DNA of 64,000 bases. Source: Candidatus Dormiibacterota bacterium (GTDB taxonomy: Bacteria; Chloroflexota; Dormibacteria; CF-121). Position 1 is the stretch's first letter; every line of letters begins with the position of its first letter. The stretch lies in the NCBI GenBank assembly GCA_035716185.1, contig DASTJZ010000075.1:59467-123466 (forward strand), written 5' to 3'. The notes beneath the pieces were generated by a model that saw only the letters and a program-made list of their open reading frames with translations, was not told where the DNA came from and made no database searches. The translations under genes were made by a program, and so were the position numbers. Below, piece by piece: positions 59,026 to 64,000 of this stretch.

Positions 59026-59882
59026 ACGTCAACAAACCAGCCGGACCCACGTCCTTTGCCGTGGTCCGCACCGTCCGCCGCCTTCCAGGCATCAGCAAAG
59101 TGGGCCACGGCGGAACCCTCGATCCGGCCGCCGAGGGCGTCTTGCCCATCCTGGTCAATGCCGCCACCCGACTAGCCGATTTCATCCACGAGTGGCCCAA
59201 GACCTATCTCGCAACCGTGACGTTCGGGGCGGTGTCCGACACGGGCGATTCGCAAGGCACCATCACGCCATCGGGTGACCCGAGCGGCATCACCCAGGCG
59301 CGCATCGAGGATCTCCTTCCGTCGTTCACCGGCCGGATCGAGCAGGTGCCGCCGCTGTATTCCGCGCTCAAGCAGGGTGGCGAGCCGCTCTACCGGAAGG
59401 CGCGCCGGGGCGAAACCGTTGAACGACCGGCGCGGAAGGTCGACATCGAGCTGATCCGGCTGACCGATTACGAGCCGGCCTCGGCATCGGCTCGCCTGGA
59501 GGTTCGATCGGGCCGGGGTATGTATGTCCGCAGCCTGGCCCTGGACCTGGGAACCGCGCTCGGCTGTGGTGCCTATCTTTCGGCGTTGACGCGCCTGGCG
59601 GTCGGCCCGCTGACGGTCGACACGGCGATTCCACCGGCAGGCCTGGAGGCGATGGGGAAGGACTGGGTATCCAGGCTGCTGCCGCTGGACCTGCCCTTAC
59701 ACGAGTGGCCGGCCCTAACGCTCGACCGCGACGGCATCGATGCCGTTCGCCACGGCCGCCGAGTCCCGGTGCCGGGATTGGCACGCGGACGCTACCGAAT
59801 GCTCGACGCCGACGGCCAGCTGGTCGCCTGGGGCGATGCCGATGGCGGCAACCTCCAACCGCGTGCCGTCTTCGACCCATGA
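59007..59882 (+). CDS. truB: tRNA pseudouridine(55) synthase
   Basis: GILNVNKPAGPTSFAVVRTVRRL...GHGGTLDPAAEGVLPI... Confidence 0.9.
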   Translation: MASGILNVNKPAGPTSFAVVRTVRRLPGISKVGHGGTLDPAAEGVLPILVNAATRLADFIHEWPKTYLATVTFGAVSDTGDSQGTITPSGDPSGITQARIEDLLPSFTGRIEQVPPLYSALKQGGEPLYRKARRGETVERPARKVDIELIRLTDYEPASASARLEVRSGRGMYVRSLALDLGTALGCGAYLSALTRLAVGPLTVDTAIPPAGLEAMGKDWVSRLLPLDLPLHEWPALTLDRDGIDAVRHGRRVPVPGLARGRYRMLDADGQLVAWGDADGGNLQPRAVFDP

Positions 59883-60808
59883 CGGCGGTCAGCTTCGGAT
59901 TTCCGGCGGCCCGCTTGATCGGACCGGCGTATCTGACGATCGGGACCTTCGACGGGGTGCACAAAGGCCATCAGGCGCTGCTGAAGCCCTTGATCGCGGG
60001 AGCGCGCCAGGCTGGCGCCGCCAGCGTGCTGGTCACCTTCGAACCGCATCCTCGGTGCGTGCTGGATCCGAATCATTGTCCGGCCAGCCTGACGACGCTC
60101 GACGAGAAGGCCTGGCTCCTCAGCCAGGCTGGCCTGGATTACGTGATCGTCATCCCCTTCACAGCCCAGGTCGCCGCCCTGAGCCCGGTGGTGTTCATCC
60201 AGCGCATCAGCCGCGGCATGCAGCTGCAGCACGTGATCACGGGCGAGGACTTCCGTTTCGGTCAGGGCCGGCGGGGGGACCCTGCCCTCCTTCGCCGTCT
60301 GGGCCAGCGCCAGGGTTTCACTGTCGAGGTCATCCCCAAGCTGACGCGTGCACGCGAACCGGTGAGCAGCTCGCGGATCCGACGACTGGTCCTGCTCGGG
60401 CAGATGCGCGCCGCTGCCCAGCTCCTCAGCCGCGACTACCTGTTTCGATCCGTCGTCGAGCATGGGGCCAAACGCGGTCGCGAGCTCGGCTTTCCGACCG
60501 CCAACCTCCGGATCGCCCCGAACAAGCTCGTCCCGGCAAGCGGCGTGTACGCCGCCTGGGTCGAGCTGAATGGTGATCGCAAGATGGGAGCGCTAAGCGT
60601 CGGCTATCGGCCCACCTTCGGCGCCCATGACCTCACGGTTGAAGTCTTCATCCTGGATTTCAGTGGTGACCTCTATGACCAGACCCTCGCCGTATGGTTT
60701 GTTCAGCGGCTGCGCGGCGAGAAGCGGTTTGCCACCGTTCCGGCATTGCAGCAGCAGATGACGCGCGATGTGGAGAACGCGAAACGGATCCTGACCGGCG
60801 CCCACTGA
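59879..60808 (+). CDS. ribF: Bifunctional riboflavin kinase / FMN adenylyltransferase
   Basis: ATGA overlap with truB. ...LTIGTFDGVHKGHQALL... ...GFPTANL... Confidence 0.9.
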   Translation: MTAVSFGFPAARLIGPAYLTIGTFDGVHKGHQALLKPLIAGARQAGAASVLVTFEPHPRCVLDPNHCPASLTTLDEKAWLLSQAGLDYVIVIPFTAQVAALSPVVFIQRISRGMQLQHVITGEDFRFGQGRRGDPALLRRLGQRQGFTVEVIPKLTRAREPVSSSRIRRLVLLGQMRAAAQLLSRDYLFRSVVEHGAKRGRELGFPTANLRIAPNKLVPASGVYAAWVELNGDRKMGALSVGYRPTFGAHDLTVEVFILDFSGDLYDQTLAVWFVQRLRGEKRFATVPALQQQMTRDVENAKRILTGAH

Positions 60809-61740
60809 TCATCGTCAACCCGGTGGCCGGAGGAGGACGAGCCCGCCCGTTCTGGGAGCGCTGCGCTGAGCAATGCCGCATGGCCAACATCGAGGTCGAA
60901 GTCTTCGAGACCCGACGCCGCGGTGACGCCGCGGCGCGAGCCGCCGAGGCCGGCGACCGCCTGGTCATTTCCGTCGGCGGGGACGGCACCGCGCACGAGG
61001 TCGTCAATGGGTTGCTCTCGAATCAACCCCCTCCCCGTCCCTCCCCACAAGGGGGAGGGAGAGACCGTCCACGCTTTGGGGCGCTGCTCCGCGGCGGCAC
61101 CGCCGGCGACCTGGCGCGGAGCGTGCCCAGTCCACGCCGGCCAGAGGATGTCCCGGCCTGGCTGGCGACCAACCGCTGGCGACCGATTGATGCGGGCCGG
61201 CTCGAAACCTCCGCCGGTGCGAGCTTTTTCATCAATGCGGCCGACGCAGGCATCGGCGCCGATGTGGTTCGCCGTGCCGCCCGTGGACCCGCCTGGGCCG
61301 GGGGCACCGCCAACTTTCTCGCCGGCGCGGTGATCAGCCTCATCACCCATCAAAACGATGCTGTCACCATGCGGCTCGACGGTGGACCGGCGGCGGGCCG
61401 TCGGGTGCGCACGATTGCCGTGTCGAACGGAGTCTATCTCGGAGGCGGCATGCGCATCGCCCCGAGCGCGCGAATGGACGACGGTCTGCTTGATGTGGTG
61501 ACGATCGCGGACATCGGGCGACTGAAGGGCATCGTCAGCCTGCCGCTACTGTATCGGGGAACGCACGGCCGGCTACGCGAGGTCGAATTCGCCCAGGCCC
61601 GTCGGGTTGAGATCGACGCCGACCACCCGGTGGGTGTCGAGGCCGACGGCGAACTGGTCGGCACCACGCCGGCGGTATTCGAAATCGTGCCTGGGGCGCT
61701 CCAGGTTATCGATTGGCAACCGTCGGGTATACTCTCGTAG
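60805..61740 (+). CDS. Diacylglycerol-kinase catalytic-domain protein (YegS/BmrU-like lipid kinase); probable CTG/ATC start at a TGATC junction
   Basis: (L)IIVNPVAGGGRARPF...LVISVGGDGTAHEVVNGL...; contains the in-frame insert ...SNQPPPRPSPQGGGRDRPRF... encoded by the C-box/G-box hairpin. Confidence 0.75.
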   Translation: MIIVNPVAGGGRARPFWERCAEQCRMANIEVEVFETRRRGDAAARAAEAGDRLVISVGGDGTAHEVVNGLLSNQPPPRPSPQGGGRDRPRFGALLRGGTAGDLARSVPSPRRPEDVPAWLATNRWRPIDAGRLETSAGASFFINAADAGIGADVVRRAARGPAWAGGTANFLAGAVISLITHQNDAVTMRLDGGPAAGRRVRTIAVSNGVYLGGGMRIAPSARMDDGLLDVVTIADIGRLKGIVSLPLLYRGTHGRLREVEFAQARRVEIDADHPVGVEADGELVGTTPAVFEIVPGALQVIDWQPSGILS

Positions 61741-61833
61741 GCTTACCGGGCAAGTTCGACTAGCCAACGGCTCGCCGGGCAAGCGACTAGCAAGGAGGTA
61801 TACCGACTGGCATCAGCGATCAAAGCGGGCGTG

Positions 61834-62070
61834 ATGGAGACCAACCGCCTGCACGAGAAGGACACCGGGTCACCGGAGGTCCAGATAGCGATCTTCAGCG
61901 AGCGCATCAATCACCTCACCGACCATCTGAAGACGCACGCCCACGACCATAACTCACGGCGCGGGTTGTTGCAGCTGGTTGGAAAGCGGCGCCGCCTGTT
62001 GAACTACCTGCAGCGAAAGGACATCGAGCGCTATCGGGCAGTCATTGCCAAGCTCGGGCTCCGGAGGTGA
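61834..62070 (+). CDS. rpsO: 30S ribosomal protein S15
   Basis: [78 protein letters not shown]. Confidence 0.95.
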   Translation: METNRLHEKDTGSPEVQIAIFSERINHLTDHLKTHAHDHNSRRGLLQLVGKRRRLLNYLQRKDIERYRAVIAKLGLRR

Positions 62071-62095
62071 TGGCCTAGAGCCAAGCCACTCGCCC

Positions 62096-62181
62096 GGCGG
62101 GACGCGCCGGCAGGGTTAGAGATTGGTGCGCGGAGAAAGGGTTCCTTTTCTTCGGACCCCAACCCCTAACCCGCCTTCGAC
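62096..62181 (+). promoter_or_regulatory. Structured rpsO-pnp intergenic leader (nested stem-loops; candidate RNase III/PNPase autoregulatory hairpin)
   Basis: CCGGCGggaCGCGCCGG at 62096-62113. Then GGGTTAG (62114-20) pairs with CTAACCC (62175-81), enclosing GGGTTCCttttcttcGGACCCC. Confidence 0.4.
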
Positions 62182-62249
62182 GGGAACCGCCTGGGCCGAC
62201 TGCCAACTATCGAAACAGCCGCGCATGAACGCGGCCCAGGAGGAAATAC

Positions 62250-64000
62250 GTGAATAACATCCAGGCGGGCAATCCCGCCACACAAACCAAGCTCGAACTC
62301 GGCGGCCGAGAGCTGACCGCTGATGCCGGCCATGTCGCCCAGCAAGCATCGGGCGCAGTGACCATCCGGAGCGGCGACACCATGCTGCTCGTGACGGCGA
62401 CCATGGCCGCGTCCCCACGTGAGGGGATCGACTTCTTTCCGCTGACCGCGGATTATGAAGAAAAGCTCTACGCCGCCGGCAAGATCCCGGGCGGCTTTAT
62501 TCGCCGCGAAGGACGGCCGAGTGAGCAGGCGATTCTCACTAGCCGCCTCATGGACCGGCCGATCCGCCCGCTGTTCCCCAAGGACTTTCGCAATGACGTC
62601 CAGGTGATCGCGACCGTGCTCTCCGTCGACCAGGAGTCGGACCCGGCCGTACTGGCCATCAACGGCGCCTCGCTGGCGCTGACCATCTCGCCGATCCCCT
62701 TCCAGGGACCGATCGGTGCGGTGCGGATGGGCTTGCTGGACGGCCAGCTGGTCGTCAATCCGTCCGTCAGCCGGATGGAGGAGAGCGGCCTCGACCTGGT
62801 GGTCGCGGGCACGCGCGAGGCCATCATCATGGTCGAAGCCGGCGCCAAGGAGATCCCCGAGGAGCAGATCGTCGAAGCCCTGCGGGTGGCGCACCGCGAG
62901 ATCGTGCGCCTCTGCGAGTGGCAGGAGGAGTTCGCTCGGGTCGTCGGCAAGCAGAAAGTCGAGGTGCCCGAGAGCCCCAAGGACCCGGAAGTCGACCAGG
63001 CCGTCGATCAGTTTTTGGCGGAACGGCTCGACCAGGCGCTCTTCAATCCCAACAAGGCGTTGCGGGAGTCGGCGCTGGACGACTTGAAGAAGGAAACGGT
63101 TGCCGCCCTCGGTCCGCAGTTTGCCGACCGGCTGCCCTACCTCTCGAAGAGTTTCGAATCGAAGGTAAAGGCACGCGTCCGTAGCAAGATCCTCGATGAG
63201 GGTCTCCGCCCGGATGGCCGCAAGACCACGGAGATCCGGTCGATCAGCTGTGAGGTCGGCCTCCTACCGAGAACCCACGGCTCGGCGCTCTTCACTCGCG
63301 GGCAGACGCAGGCGCTGAGCATTGTCACCCTCGGTTCGATCGGCGACAAGCAGAAGCTCGATGGCCTCGGCCTCGAGGAGTTCAAACGCTTCATGCACCA
63401 TTACAACTTCCCGCCCTTCAGTGTTGGCGAGGCGCGGCCGCTGCGGTCGCCCGGCCGGCGGGAGATCGGTCACGGGGCGCTCGCCGAGCGTGCGCTGTTG
63501 CCCGTGGTGCCGACGGAGGAGGAGTTCCCGTACACCATCCGGGTCGTCACCGAGATCCTTTCATCGAACGGCTCTACCTCGATGGCGAGCGTGTGCGGAT
63601 CCAGCATGGCGATGATGGACGCCGGCGTGCCGACCAAGGGACAGGTCGCCGGCATTGCCATGGGGCTGATCACCGCCGAGGGAGGCCGGGTGGCGGTCCT
63701 GAGTGATATCCAGGGCATCGAAGATGCCCTAGGCGACATGGACTTCAAGGTGGCCGGCACCCGAACGGGCGTGACCGCGATGCAGATGGATATGAAGATC
63801 AAGGGCATCAGCATCGACACGATGGCTGGCGCCATCCAGCAAGCCAAAGAGGGTCGCTTCTTCATCATGGACAAGATGGATGCGACGATCAGCCAGCCGC
63901 GCACCGCGATGTCGCAGTACGCGCCGCGGATGATCACCATCCAGATCCATCCCGACAAGATCCGAGAAGTGATCGGTCCCGGCGGCAAGATGATCCGCAA
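62250..64000 (+). CDS. pnp: Polynucleotide phosphorylase (3' end beyond the window)
   Basis: GTG 62250 after AGGAGG. ...FPLTADYEEKLYAAGKIPGGFIRREGRPSEQAILTSRLMDRPIRPLFP... (RNase PH domain 1 ...second PH domain); runs off the end without a stop. Confidence 0.9.
   Translation, partial: MNNIQAGNPATQTKLELGGRELTADAGHVAQQASGAVTIRSGDTMLLVTATMAASPREGIDFFPLTADYEEKLYAAGKIPGGFIRREGRPSEQAILTSRLMDRPIRPLFPKDFRNDVQVIATVLSVDQESDPAVLAINGASLALTISPIPFQGPIGAVRMGLLDGQLVVNPSVSRMEESGLDLVVAGTREAIIMVEAGAKEIPEEQIVEALRVAHREIVRLCEWQEEFARVVGKQKVEVPESPKDPEVDQAVDQFLAERLDQALFNPNKALRESALDDLKKETVAALGPQFADRLPYLSKSFESKVKARVRSKILDEGLRPDGRKTTEIRSISCEVGLLPRTHGSALFTRGQTQALSIVTLGSIGDKQKLDGLGLEEFKRFMHHYNFPPFSVGEARPLRSPGRREIGHGALAERALLPVVPTEEEFPYTIRVVTEILSSNGSTSMASVCGSSMAMMDAGVPTKGQVAGIAMGLITAEGGRVAVLSDIQGIEDALGDMDFKVAGTRTGVTAMQMDMKIKGISIDTMAGAIQQAKEGRFFIMDKMDATISQPRTAMSQYAPRMITIQIHPDKIREVIGPGGKMIR

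Overview
This is a high-GC (~68%) bacterial chromosomal window that is almost entirely housekeeping. About 66 of 70 features lie on the + strand in long, translationally coupled operons, with GTGA, ATGA, TTGA, TGATG and TAATG stop/start overlaps throughout.

Content and synteny are monoderm/Firmicutes-like:
- alaS–ruvX–DUF1292–mltG.
- efp–asp23–nusB–xseB.
- tlyA–nadK–scpA–scpB–rluB–cmk–plsC.
- PhoH2 followed by an exonuclease-fused DinG.
- infC–rpmI–rplT behind an L20-type attenuator leader.
- pheST, ruvCAB, queA–tgt–secDF.
- rimP–nusA–ylxR–infB–rbfA–nrnA–truB–ribF–rpsO–pnp.

The window also carries six aminoacyl-tRNA synthetases (alaS, metG, thrS, pheS, pheT, tyrS) and one tRNA-Val(GAC). I found no CRISPR array, IS element, phage genes or recognisable defence system.

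The points I think deserve a second look:
1. An uncharacterised FtsA-like actin-fold ATPase plus a large single-pass membrane protein, inserted between alaS and ruvX.
2. A short GC-rich C-box/G-box inverted-repeat element present, translated in frame, in at least three unrelated genes (queA, nusA, and the diacylglycerol-kinase-like gene).
3. Roughly ten genes whose conserved N-termini extend upstream of any ATG/GTG/TTG, implying CTG/ATC/ATT starts; two of them begin at a TGATC stop/start junction.
4. An apparent +1 frameshift (C4 run) splitting the N-terminal IF2_N domain of infB.
5. Accessory genes inside the nusA–infB–rpsO operon: a luciferase-like flavin/F420 oxidoreductase and a YegS-like lipid kinase.
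6. A split glutaminase/synthetase NAD+ synthetase pair.
7. A ThrS that lacks its TGS domain.

All long minus-strand ORFs that overlap + strand genes are judged spurious high-GC antisense ORFs.
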